From an uncultured delta proteobacterium (lineage in GTDB: Bacteria > Myxococcota_A > UBA9160 > SMWR01), in the NCBI GenBank assembly GCA_963832165.1, contig CAWHTE010000011.1, positions 1 to 64,000 on the forward strand: a stretch of 64,000 bases of DNA, read 5' to 3'. Under the pieces are notes generated by a model that was given only the letters and a program-made list of their open reading frames with translations, made no database searches and had not been told where the DNA came from. Made by a program: the position numbers and the translations under genes. Below are positions 1 to 11,600 of the stretch, in pieces; positions within the stretch are counted from its first letter, which is position 1; every line of letters starts with the position of its first letter.

Positions 1-1413
1 GGCAACATGTACGGCGTCCTCGACTTCTACAAGGCGACCGCGAGGCCGGACGTCACGCCGATCATGGGGCTGGAGGGTACATCATCAAGACGTCGCGGAT
101 CAAGCGGGCCAGGCGCGACCGAACACGAGATCTTCCATCTCACGATGCTCGCCGAGTCGACGAGGGCTATCGCAACCTCATCAAGGTGTCGTCGTACGCG
201 TACCTCGACGGCTACTACCAGAAGCCCCGCGGCGACTGGGGGCTGCTCGAGCGGTACCACGAGGGGATCATCGCCACCACCGGCTGCCTCGGCGGCGCGG
301 TCTCCAGGCGCTCCTGCGCGGGCGACAACGAAAGGCGCGCGCGAGGCCGCGGCACGTTCCAGGAGGTGTTCGGGCACGACTACTTCTTCGTCGAGCTCCA
401 GGACCACGGCCTCGCCGAGCAGCGACGCAGGTGCAACCCGCTCCTGATCGAGCATCGCCCGCGAAGCTCGGCGCGCCGCTGCTCGCCACCAACGACAGCC
501 ACTACACGCACCGGACGAGGCCGAGTCACACGCCGCGCTGCTCTGCGTGCAGACCGGCACCACGCTCGACGACCGAAGCGGTTCAAGTTCGACGCCGACG
601 AGTTCTACCTGAAGTCGGCAGCCGAGATGCGCGCCTGTTCGCGCGAGCTACCCGGGGGCGTGCGATAACACGCTGCTCGTCGCCGAGCACGCCAACGTCG
701 AGATCGAGTTCGGGAAGACGTGCTCCCCGCGTTCCCCATGCCCAAGGGCACGACGAGAACTGGTACCTGCACGAGCTCACCTCGAGGGTGGGCAAGCGAG
801 CGGTACGGCGCAGCCGTCGCGCCGAGGTCCTCAAGCGCGTCGAGCTCGAGTTCGGTGTCATCAAGTCGATGGGGTTCTCGGCGTACTTCCTCGTCGTCTG
901 GGACCTCGTGCGCTACCGAAGTCGCGCGGCATCCAGGTCGGCCCCGGGCGCGAGAGCGCCGCCGGATCGTGCGTCGCGTACTGCCTGCGCATCACCGACG
1001 TCGACCCCATCAGCTACGACCTGCTGTTCGAGCGCATGCTCAACCCCGGTCGCCGGCAGATGCCCGACATCGACATGGACTTCAACTCGCGCTCCCGGGG
1101 CGAGATGATCCGGTACGCCGCGCGAGCAGTACGGGCGGGACCACGTCGCGCAGATCGTGACGTTCTCGACGATCAAGGCGCGGGCCACGGTGCACGACGC
1201 GGCGAGGGTGCTGGGCTACCCGTACCTCGGTCGGCGACAAGATCGCCAAGCTCATGCCGCCGCTCATCATCGGGCACGACGCGCCGGCTGCCGCGCCTGC
1301 CTGAGACGGTCCCGGGACGCGAGGACGGCTACAAGATGGCGGCCGACCTGCGGGGCGTTCTACGACAGCGACCCCGACGCCAAGCGGGTGATCGACGTCG
1401 CCCGGGGCCTCGA
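1..1413 (+). CDS. dnaE: DNA polymerase III alpha subunit, partial (5' cut by window edge, 3' cut at a junction, several frameshifts)
   Basis: Pieces in successive frames: [102 protein letters not shown]. Confidence 0.9.
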
Positions 1414-2210
1414 CGCGCACTCGGCGACGAGGCGGGCGAAGCTCGCCTCGAGCGCCGGGCCTGCTGGCTCGCGAAATCCACGATGTCGATCGCAGGGTCG
1501 ACCGCGCCGTCGAGCACGAGCCGGCCAAGCGGTCGGGGAAGTGCCGCGCATACGCGGTGCTGAACTTGGTCCCGTACGACCAGCCGAGGAAGTTGAGTCG
1601 CTCGTCACCCACCGCGGCGAGGATCCGGTCCAGGTCGCGGGCGACGTCCGCCGTGCCGACCTGGCCGAGCCGGGCGCCGTTGCGCCAACGCGCACTGGCG
1701 AGCGAAGCGGCGGCTGACGTCCGGCAGTCCTTCTGTTCGGACCGGTCGTCGGGCGTGGCGTCGAGGCCGTCGAAGTCGTCGAGACCGCGGGCACCGGCGC
1801 ACACGATCGGGGCGCTCCGGCCCACCCACCGCGGGTCGAATCCGACGATGTCGTAGACCCCCGGCCAGGTCCTGCCCCACGGGACCGCCGTTCACGAGCT
1901 GCGACTGGACGAAGTCGGCGCGTCGGAGGCCCGAGGCCCCGGGTCCGCCGGGGTCCACGACGATCGATCCCTCGCGTCAGGTCGGATCCGTGGCCGGGAC
2001 CCGGTCGAGCGCGAGGTCGATCGTGCGGCCATCCGGCTTCGAGTAGTCGAGCGGAACCTCGAGCGTCCCGCACTCACCGGGGCCGGGCCGGCAGGCCCGC
2101 CACACGATGGGCCCATCGGCCGGCCCGCTCGTTCGGGAGGCGGTGGCCGCCGAGACCAGCATCGCCGCGAGCAGCAGCACCAGCCACGCACCCAGAACCG
2201 ATCTCGGCAT
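1410..2210 (-). CDS. Secreted alpha/beta hydrolase (tripeptidyl aminopeptidase/TAP-like), frameshifted, 3' truncated
   Basis: Signal peptide [38 protein letters not shown]; nucleophile elbow GWSYG; LDGAVDP. Confidence 0.8.
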
Positions 2211-2219
2211 GGCCCATCG

Positions 2220-3025
2220 CTCGACGAGCTCCGCCGCTTCGCCACCATCCATCCGGCTCTCTCGACGCGAGCAGCGGTCTGCCTGCTTGGTGGGCGCGAT
2301 GCCTGGGTGCACGGAGCGATCTCAGACGTCGCCGCCGTCGGAGCGGAGCTCTCAGCGATCGCCGAACAACTGCCGCGGCCAGATGTGCGCTGGTGGCCCT
2401 TGGCGCTCGAGGCGTCGATCGAGCTGGCTGTCGGGCAGTCAGAGCGGGCGGCGACGGCGATCGAGGCCGCGGCGCGATTCGGGTCGTCAGCTCAAGATCG
2501 ACGTGGCGGAGCCGACAGCGCTCGTCCAACAGCTGCTCCTTCTGCTCGTCAACGGCGAGCTCGGGTCGGCGGCCGAGTCGCTTCGTCCGATGGCAATGTC
2601 GCCCGGCGCATCTGCGCCGCTGCTCGCCGGCTACGGCCTGGCCTGCGTCGAGGCCGGAGCGGTCGATGCAGTCGTCGAGGTGGCGGCCCTCCTCCGCGAG
2701 GACTGCCGCCTGCTCGTGAGCGTCGGGTCAGCGTGGCCTCAGGTCGCGATGTGCGCGTCGGAGATCGCCGCAGCAGCGGGGGATCGGGCGCTGGCGCAGG
2801 TGCTGTGGACACCGCTGCTGCGCCATCGCGGTACCGGCCTCGCACTGCATGCCGCCGGCTACCTCGGCACGGTCGACCGCTGCCTGGGGTTGCTGGCGGC
2901 GACGCAGGGCGATGTCGCAGGCGCCCGAGCGCTGCTCGCGTCGGCGATCGAGCAGGAGCGTCGGCGCGGCGCGGCGGCGTGGGAGCGGCGGGCGGTGGCC
3001 GACTCTCGGGCGGTCTGCCACGACA
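2220..3025 (+). CDS. C-terminal helical/TPR-like part of an actinobacterial ATP-dependent (SARP/LuxR-type) regulator, fragment
   Basis: Ala/Leu-rich helical sequence with GYLGTVDRCLGLLAATQGDVAGARALLASAIEQERRRGAAAWERR. No in-frame start or clear stop. Confidence 0.5.
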
Positions 3026-3026
3026 G

Positions 3027-3060
3027 CGAACTTGCGTTCGTAGAACTTCTGTTCGATACT
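3027..3060 (+). promoter_or_regulatory. Two tandem LexA (Cheo-type SOS) boxes overlapping a sigma70-type promoter
   Basis: CGAAC-TTGC-GTTCG (3027-3040) and AGAAC-TTCT-GTTCGA (3042-3056); TTGCGT-N17-GATACT (3032-3060); directly upstream of dnaE2. Confidence 0.85.
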
Positions 3061-3067
3061 GCGCGGG

Positions 3068-6000
3068 GTGGGCGTTCAACAACCCGTCGTGGACGTGGAG
3101 CGAGCTGGAGGCCGCGCTGTCCGGGCAAGCGGCCGCGACGGCCGAGCGCCCGGGCAGCCCGTCGTGGAACGCCGGCGGTGACGGGCCGGCGTGGAGCCGC
3201 CAGCGCCAGCCGTTCGAGGCCGACGGCGTCGAGCGCCGGCGCCGGCATCGGTGCCCTACGCCGAGCTGCACTGCCACTCCAACTTCTCGTTCCTCGACGG
3301 CGCCTCGCACCCCGAGGAGCTGGCCACCGAGGCCGCCCGGCTCGGGCTCGAGGCGCTCGCCCTCACCGACCACGACGGCTTCTACGGCGTCGTCCGCTTC
3401 GCCGAGGCGGCCCGGGCCGTCGGGATGCCGACCGTGTTCGGCACCGAGATCACGCTGACGCCGGGCCTCGCCGCCGACCAGCAGATGACGCTGCAGCGAG
3501 GAGGACGACCACGCACCCAGGTCGCCACCGGCCGGGTGCCCGACAGCCACGCCCCCGACCCGCACGGCGAGCACCTGCTGCTGCTCGCCGACGGCCCCGC
3601 CGGGCTACGCCCGCCTGGCCCGCACGCTGAGCCTCGGGCACCTGGCGGGGGAGAAGGGCGCGCCGCAGTTCACGCTCGGCGACGTCGCCCGCAACACCGC
3701 CGGCGACGTGTGGGTGCTCACCGGCTGCCGCAAGGGCGCCGTGCCCGCGGCGCTCGTCGCCGACGGCCCGGCCGCCGCCCGCCGCGAGCTGCAGCGGCTG
3801 ATCGAGGCGTTCGGGCGCGACCGCGTGCTCGTCGAGCTGTGGGACCACGGCGACCCGCTCGACTCGGCCCGCAACGACGCCCTCGCCGAGCTCGCCGCCC
3901 GCCACGACGTCGGCTGCGTCGCCACGACCAACGCCCACTACGCCACGCCGGCCCAGCGCCGCCTGGCCACCGCGCTGGCCGCCGTGCGGGCCCGCCGCAG
4001 CCTCGCCGAGCTCGACCCGTGGCTGCCGGCGGCGGCCGGCGCCCACCTGCGCTCGGGCGCCGAGCAGCGCGCGCCGCTTCGCCCGCTACCCGGGCGTCGT
4101 CGAGCTGGCCGCCGAGATCGGCCGGGCGGCGGCGTTCGACCTCTCGCTCGTCGCCCCGTCGCTGCCGCCGTTCCCGTGCCCGCGACGGGCGTCTGACCGA
4201 GATGGCAGTACCTGCGCCAGCTCGTCGAGGAGGGCGCCCGCCGCCGCTACGGCGAGCGCGCCGGCCGCCCACGAGGACCTCGTCGCTGCGGGCCAGGGCG
4301 TGGCGCACGATCGACCACGAGCTGGCGATCATCGAGCAGCTCGGCTTCGCCGGCTACTTCCTCGTCGTGTGGGACCTCGTCGAGTTCTGCCGGCGAGGCG
4401 AACATCTTCTGCCAGGGGCGGGGCAGCGCGGCCAACTCGGCCGTCTGCTACGCCCTCGGCGTCACCGCCGCCGACGCCGTGTCGCTCGGCCTGCTGTTCG
4501 AGCGCTTCCTGTCGCCCGAGCGCGACGGCCCGCCGGACATCGACATCGACATCGAGAGCGACCGCCGCGAGGAGGTCATCCAGTACGTCTACGCGCAAGC
4601 ACGGCCGCCACCACACCGCGCAGGTCGCCAACGTCATCACGTACCGGGCCCAGTCGGCGGTGCGCGACATGGCCAAGGCGCTCGGCCACGCGCCCGGCCA
4701 GCAGGACGCCTGGTCGAAGCGGGTCGACGGGTGGGGCACGGTCGCGACGACGGCGAAGACCAGCCCGAGCACGGCATCCCGGAGCCGGTGCTCGACCTGG
4801 CGCCTGCAGGTCGAGGACGCGCCGCGCCACCTCGGCATCCACTCCGGCGGGATGGTCATCTGCGACCGGCCGGTGATCGAGGTGTGCCCGGTCGAGTGGG
4901 GGCGGATGGAGGACCGCTCGGTGCTGCAGTGGGACAAGGACGACTGCGCCGCGGCCGGGCTCGTCAAGTTCGACCTGCTCGGGCTGGGGATGCTGTCGGC
5001 GCTGCACTACGCCGTCGACCTGATCCGCGAGCACCGCGGCTACGAGGTCGACCTGGCCACCATCCCGCAGGAGGACGAGGTCTACGCCATGCTCTGCCGG
5101 GCCGACACCGTCGGCGTGTTCCAGATCGAGTCGCGGGCCCAGATGGCGACGCTGCCCCGGCTCAAGCCGCGGCGGTTCTACGACCTCGTCGTCGAGGTCG
5201 CGCTGATCCGGCCCGGGCCCGATCCAGGGCGGCTCGGTGCACCCGTACATCCGCCGCCGCAACGGCCAGGAGCCGGTCACGTACCTCCACCCGCTGCTCG
5301 AGAACAGCCTCGGCAAGACGCTCGGCGTGCCGCTGTTCCAGGAGCAGCTGATGCAGATGGCGATCGACGTCGCCGGGTTCACGCCGGCCGAGTCCGACGA
5401 GCTGCGCCAGGCGATGGGCTCGAAGCGCTCGGCGGCGCGGATGGAGCGGCTGCAGCGAGCGGCTGTACGCCGGGATGGCCGAGCGCGGGATCACCGGCGA
5501 CATCGCCGACGAGCTGTACGTGAAGATGAAGGCGTTCGCCAACTACGGCTTCCCCGAGATCGCACTCGGTGTCGTTCGCCTACCTCGTGTACGCCTCGTC
5601 GTGGATCAAGTACCACGAGCCGGCGGCGTTCTGCGCGGCGCTGCTCAACGCCCAGCCGATGGGGTTCTGGAGCCCGCACACCCTGGTCCGGGACGCCCGC
5701 CGCCACGGCGTCGTCGTGCGCACCCCCGACCTCAACGCCTCGCTGGCCACGGCCACGCTGGAGCCCGACCCATCCGAGTGTTTCGGCGCATCGGAGTGTT
5801 CGTGCGGGGACGCCCGGCACGAGACACTCGGATGGGACGGCGGCCGCAGCCGGCGGTGCGGCTGGGGATCGGGTCGGTGCGCGGGATCGGCGACGAGCTG
5901 GCGAAGGAGATCGAGGCCGAGCGGGTCGAGCGACGGGCCGTACCGCGACCTCGGAGGACCTCGTGCGGCGGGTGCCGGCGCTCGACCTGGCGCCAGCTGG

Positions 6001-6570
6001 AGGCGATGGCCACCGGCGGGCTGTTCGGCGAGTGCTTCGGGCTGGAGCGGCGCGAGGCGCTGTGGGCGGTCGGCGCCGTCGCCCAGTCCCGGCCCGGACC
6101 GGCTGGCCGGCGTCGTCACCGGCGCCGACGCCCCGCCGCTGCCCGGGATGTCCCCGGTCGAGGAGGCCGTCGCCGACCTGTGGGCCACCGGCGTCGCGCC
6201 CGACGGCCACCCGACGCAGTTCCTGCGCGACGCAGCTCGACGAGCTCGGCGTCGTCACGTCGCAGGGCCTGTGGGACGTCGCGCCGGGGTCGCGGGTCAC
6301 CGTCGCCGGCGTCGTCACCCACCGCCAGCGGCCGATGACCGCCCAGGGCACGACGTTCCTCAACCTCGAGGACGAGACCGGGCTGATCAACGTCGTCGTG
6401 TCGAAGGGCTGCTGGGCCCGCTTCCGCCGCGTCGCCCGGGAGGCGCCGGCGATGACGATCCGCGGCCGCCTGGAGCGCAGCGAGGGCGTGATCAACATCG
6501 TCGCCGAGCACCTCGCACCCGCTCGCCCTCCCCGGCTAGCACGATCCACGCCAGCCGCGACTTCCGCTGA
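3068..6570 (+). CDS. dnaE2: Error-prone DNA polymerase DnaE2 (multiple frameshifts)
   Basis: N-terminus [85 protein letters not shown] fold [10 protein letters not shown]; diagnostic C-terminal SRDFR-stop. Confidence 0.93.
5769..5836. repeat. 68-bp palindromic element inside dnaE2
   Basis: CCCATCCGAGTGTTTCG ... CGAGACACTCGGATGGG, 16/17 inverted match; internal third arm GAGTGTTCGTGC. Confidence 0.75.
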
Positions 6571-6607
6571 CCCGGTGCGCCACCGCGAGGATCTGCCCAC
6601 GAGCGCC

Positions 6608-8228
6608 GTGACGACCACCACCGCCCGCCAGCCCTTCTCCCGCGAGCAGCGCTGGACGCTGCTCGCCACGAGCGTCGGGCTGTTCATGATCTACCTCGAC
6701 GCGACGATCATCAACGTCGCGCTGCCCGCCATCCAGGAGGACTTCTCCGCCGACGAGCAGGGCGTGCAGTGGGTCGTCGCCGCCTACAGCCTCACGATGG
6801 CCATGTTCATCATGTCGGCGGCGACGCTGGCCGACCAGCGGGGCCGGCGGAGGCGCGTTACCTCGGCGGTCTCGCCCTCTTCGCCGTCGCATCGGCACTG
6901 TGCGGGCTGGCGCCAGCCTGCCCGTGCTGGACATCGGGCGCGGTCTGCAGGGCGTCGGCGCCGGCCATCGTCAACGTCGCCTCGCTGGCCCTCGTCAGCG
7001 CCGCGTTCCCCGACCCGAAGGCGAAGGCGAAGGCGATCGGCCTGTGGACGGCCATCGCCTCCATCGGCTTGGCGCTCGGCCCGTCGTCGGCGGCGTTCTG
7101 ACCGAGACGCTCGGGTGGCGCAGCATCTTCTTCATCAACGTCGGCGTCGGTGCGGTCGGGCATCGTGCTGGCCCGGGCGGTCGTGGCTGAATCACGCGAC
7201 CCGCGGGCGCGGCAGCCTCGACCTCGCCGGGGCAGCTCTTGTTCATCGCCGGCATCGGTGCGCTCACGTATGCGCTCATCGAGGGGCCGCACTCCGGCTG
7301 GGCGTCACCGATGATCATCGGCCTGTTCGTCGGCGCTGCCGTGCTGATCGTGAGCTTCGTCGTCGTGGAGCTGCGCAGCGACGAGCCGATGATGGACGTC
7401 CGGCTGTTCAGCGACCGCGTGTACGACGTGGCCATCCTGACCCTGTTCGTCGTGTTGTTCTGCATCTACGGGATGACGCTCATCATCACCCAGTACCTGC
7501 AGAACGTCCGTGACTACGAGCCGGCGCAGGCGGGCTCGTGCTCGGCGTCTACACCCTGCCGGTCATGATCCTCTCGCCGATCGCCGGGGCGCTCGTCGTG
7601 CGGTCCGGCGGTCGCCCTCCGATCATCTGGGGGCTGTGCTCGCTGATCGTTGGTCTCCTCGTCCTCGCCGCGGGCATCGGCGGCTCGATCGCGTTCGTGG
7701 TGGTCGGCCTGCTTGTTCATCGGCGCCGGCGGGGGGCTCGTGTTGACGCCGACCACCAACGCGGCGATGGAGGCGGTGCCGCCTGATCGCGGCGGCATGG
7801 CGTCTGGAATCCTCAGCGCTCAACGAGCACTTGGGTCGACGGCCGGCTTCGCCATCATGGGCAGCATTCTGGCGGGCGTGATCGCCTCGACGTTGCCCGA
7901 CAAGTTCGCGCCGTACGTGCCGGAGCCGGACCTCACGACTGAGGTCGACGCAGTCGTCGACAGCGCCAATCCGCGAGCAGTCGTTTCGGTGATCGGTCGA
8001 GCCCAGCCGCTGCCCCAGCCGGTCAGAGATCGAGCCGAGCTCCTCGCCGCGGCCGACGACGCGTTCGTCCAGGGCATCCGGCTCGCACTGCTGATCGGCG
8101 CCGGCTTGGCGGTGGCCATTCTCGTGGCGGCGTTCGTGATCCTCCCGAGGCGTGTGGCCCGAGAGCGGAAGGACCTGTCGATTTCGCGGTCCATCGTTCG
8201 TCAGGAAGATGCCGGTCGCGCCCCGTGA
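6608..8228 (+). CDS. MFS drug:H+ antiporter (DHA2, EmrB/QacA-like), frameshifted
   Basis: [65 protein letters not shown]; many transmembrane segments. Confidence 0.88.
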
Positions 8229-8250
8229 CCGCCTGCGAGAGGATGACGAC

Positions 8251-8470
8251 ATGCCGAAGTACCTGATGATCATCGTCGAAGACCAGTCGGCGTACCAGAA
8301 CCCCGAGAGCGCCACCATGAACGACGTGATGCAGCAGCACGGCGATTTCGCCGCCGCCGTCGAGGCGGCCGGCGCCAAGATGCTCGGCGGTGAAGCGCTG
8401 CAGCCGACGTCCACCGCGACCTACCTCCGCGGTACGCGCTCGGGAAACGTCACCGTCGTCGACAACCCCG
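8251..8470 (+). CDS. YciI family protein, 3' truncated at junction
   Basis: MPKYLMII..AGAKMLGGEALQPTSTAT..VTVVDNP, then the sequence character changes abruptly. Confidence 0.75.
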
Positions 8471-8908
8471 CACCTGTATGGTCGCCGGCGGCTTGCCCAG
8501 CATTGCGCCCACAAGGGCTTCGGAAATATTGCAGCTTAACGCGGCCACGGCGCTGAAAGCCGGGCAAAACGGCCATTTCTTTGTGAAAGCCGAGATCAAC
8601 GGCCGAAGCGTCAAAGTGCTGGTCGACACGGGCGCTTCAGCGGTGGCCTTGAGCTATGAGGACGCCAAGGATATTGGCCTGCGCCCGGGCAGTCTTGACT
8701 TTAACGTTCCGGTTTCCACTGCCAATGGCGTGACCAAGGCTGCCGGGGTCAACCTGGACAAGATTGAGATTGATGGGGTGCGCGTTTCCGACGTGCAGGG
8801 CCTGGTAATGCCTGAAGGCGTCATGCGCGGCTCGCTGCTGGGCATGAGTTTCTGGGCAAACTCAAGAGTTTCAAAGTTGAAGACGGCGTGCTTTATCTGA
8901 AGAACTAG
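8471..8908 (+). CDS. Clan AA (retropepsin-like, TIGR02281-type) aspartic protease, 5' truncated, frameshift near the end
   Basis: GHFFVKAEING, VLVDTGASAVAL, VSTANG, SLLGMSF. Confidence 0.85.
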
Positions 8909-8938
8909 ACGCTTTTGCTTCAATAATGGCGCGTTCGG

Positions 8939-9211
8939 ATGGCCAATGACCAGCAAGATACCTATCTTCAAGGCATGAACGCCTTTGATTTGCCAGAAGT
9001 CGAGACGCCCTGCATCAAGGTTTGTGTGGTTGATCCGGAAACCGGTTTTTGCATCGGTTGCGGCCGCACACGCATGGAAATTGGCAGCTGGCTTGGACTC
9101 AGCCCGCCGGAGCGCCAGTCCATCATGGCGGGCCTCAACGAACGAGTTGAAACTCTGACGTTGCGCAAGCGGCGTCGCGGCGGACGCCAGGGACGGCTCG
9201 CATCATCCTAG
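8939..9211 (+). CDS. DUF1289 small Cys-rich protein
   Basis: [30 protein letters not shown]. Confidence 0.85.
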   Translation: MANDQQDTYLQGMNAFDLPEVETPCIKVCVVDPETGFCIGCGRTRMEIGSWLGLSPPERQSIMAGLNERVETLTLRKRRRGGRQGRLASS

Positions 9212-9326
9212 CGCACTTCCCGGCGAAGTAATTTCACTTCGCCGAAAAGGAATCGCGCCAATTCAATATTCTAGAGCATGTCCTTGTCGACGAAGTCATA
9301 CAACTTCGTCGGGACATGCTCTAGAA
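9208..9326. repeat. CTAG-bounded intergenic palindromic element (alphaproteobacterial RIME/BRU-RS-like)
   Basis: TTCTAGAGCATGTCC..GACGAAGT..ACTTCGTC..GGACATGCTCTAGAA hairpin (9269-9326), preceded by a CGGCGAAGT..ACTTCGCCG hairpin; lies between convergent genes. Confidence 0.75.
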
Positions 9327-10402
9327 CTGGAATGCAAAGTTGGCACCAGCCGTATAAGTTTCAGAATCCTTGACCAGCAGCCCGCTGATCTCGCCGGTCA
9401 GCGCGAGCTGCGCATTGGCCCCAAAGGCAAAGTTCAAGCCGGTTTGCAGGCGAAGATCGGCATAGGGATCATCAAGGATGGTTCCCGTGCCATCATCAAC
9501 AACCTTGTTTATTCCGACCCAATCCAGCTGTGCGCCAAGCCAGGGCTCAACGGTCGATGCGCCGCCGATGGAAATGGAATTGCCGACCTGGAAGCCGGGG
9601 GAAATGGTGCCTGTTTCAATTGTTTGAGCATTTAATGCAGCGCTTTCATCCTGCCATTCCTTGGACCACGCGACAGTGAGCGACGGCGAATAACGCCAGG
9701 TGCCGGAATACCAATAGCCGGTCAATCCGCTGCTGGCTTGAATCCGTTCGGAGTCAAAGCTGGTGCCATCATTTACATCGGTATCGAGATCGGTGCCCAG
9801 TACGGTTGCCGACAACACCCAATTTTCGGTCAGTGTCAGGCCCAGATAGGCGCCGCCACCCCAGCCATCGGTATCGTGGGTTACGCCTGATCCCTCCAAA
9901 TCGGAAGTTTCATAGGTTCCCATCAGGCCAAGCACCAACCGGTCCGCCACTTTGTAATCGAAACCAACCACACCATTTACAAGCGAACCGTCAAGGTTGG
10001 TAAAAGCCTCAGAATATCGAGCCAGCTGTATTTTCCGTCGATCCAGATATTCCACATGGGGTTGTCAGCGGGAGCTGCGACATCGGCGGTCGGCGCAATC
10101 GTAATTCGACCATTGCTCTTCAGGCGCTGCGAAATATCAGCGGGATCAGTCAATTCAAGACCGGCTGGTTCGGTCTGGCTGGGCCTCATATCAAACCTGT
10201 CGACAATGACACTGGTGATCGATGTCGAGGTATTGATAAGCGATTGGCGGTTCAGCAAAGACTTGGCACAGGCAGTGATGATTTCAGGCGAGGTATCATC
10301 GAGTTCGGAACAATCATCGCCGTAGGTGGACTGGGCATGCACCTGGGTACTGCCTGCGATGCACGCCAATGAAACAATGGCCGCAATTGCCTTTGCCCGC
10401 AT
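9321..10402 (-). CDS. Autotransporter-type outer-membrane beta-barrel protein (frameshift near 10010-10050)
   Basis: Signal peptide MRAKAIAAIVSLACIAGSTQVHA; WNIWIDG; GVVGFDYKV; amphipathic beta strands; C-terminal FAFQF. Confidence 0.75.
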
Positions 10403-10468
10403 GGTTTCCCTCGAACTCCCCGTCCGATCCGAGCCATATCACAAGATCACGTCACTGGGCCAGCGGCT

Positions 10469-11467
10469 TCATTCGGCTGCGATCAGGCGGTTCGATTGGG
10501 TTTCAATGGCCTCGAGTCCCCGGCGCAAAACATCAATGCCGGCACCCGGAAGATGGCTTTGTTCGGAAATAATTTGCCGCCAATGGCGCCCGCCGGGCCG
10601 GCCATGGAACAGGCCTAGCATGTGGCGCGATATTTTTGAGAGGAATTCGCCCCGGCGCAATTGCTCCTCAATGTAGGGAAACATACCGGTTACGGCATCA
10701 ATTCGATCCGTCAGCGGATTTGCCTTCTAAAAAAATACCCTATCGACATCGGCGAGAAGCCATGGGGTGTGATAGGCGGCACGGCCCAGCATGACGCCAT
10801 CAAGACCGCGCATTTCATCTCTGGCCTGCTCAAGCGTGGCCAGACCGCCGTTCAGGATAATATTGAGATGCGGAAAGTCTGCCTTCAGTTGATGAACGCG
10901 AAGGTAATTGAGCGGTGGAATTTCCCGATTTTCCTTTGGACTGAGTCCCTTCAGCCAGGCCTTGCGGGCATGGATTATGAAAGTATCACAGCCCGTTGCG
11001 GCAACAGTTTCAACAAAACGATGAAGTGCCTCAGCTTCGTCTTGATCATCGATGCCAATGCGGCTTTTCACCGTCACCGGAATTTTGACAGCTGAGCGCA
11101 TTGCCGCAACACAATCGGCCACAAGCTGCGGTTCGGCCATAAGGCAGGCCCCAAACCTTCCCTCTTGAACCCGGTCAGAGGGACAGCCAACGTTGAGATT
11201 GATTTCGCAATAGCCATAGTCCTCACCAATTTTAGCGGCATCGGAAAGCATGGCGGGATCGCTGCCTCCGACCTGGAGGGCTATGGGATGCTCAACGGGA
11301 TCAAAGCCAAGCAGGCGCTGGCGGTCGCCGTGGCGAATAGCCTGGGCGGTCACCATCTCCGTATAGAGCAGCGCCTGCCTGGTCAGATGCCGGTGAAAGA
11401 CACGGCAATGCCGGTCCGTCCAATCCATCATGGGTGCTACCGCGAATGTTTTTCCCTTTAAATTCAA
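10469..11467 (-). CDS. dusA: tRNA-dihydrouridine synthase A (frameshift near 10730)
   Basis: [66 protein letters not shown]. Confidence 0.95.
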
Positions 11468-11506
11468 TATTTTGACCTTATACTACAATGGACTAAATCG
11501 AGAACA

Positions 11507-11599
11507 TGTGCACAAAATTTGCACACGTTTTCACGGTTTGTACCGGGGCTACGCTCCGTTACTGCACACGATTTGCACACGAAAAGAGGAGTGCACACG
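11507..11599. repeat. Five TGCACA(C/A) direct repeats, probable integrase arm-type sites
   Basis: gtgcacaaaa, tttgcacacg, ctgcacacg, tttgcacacg and gtgcacacg between dusA and the integrase start. Confidence 0.65.
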
Positions 11600-11600
11600 T

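Noticed and set aside
1..6570. dnaE and dnaE2 side by side, or programmed frameshifting or pseudogenisation of polymerases
   Set aside because: Junctions separate them, and indels hit nearly every gene in the segment, so sequencing error is the simpler explanation.
5237..7513. 758-aa ORF joining the DnaE2 OB fold to an MFS transporter
   Set aside because: Frameshift artefact: DnaE2 ends at SRDFR-stop (6570) in another frame.
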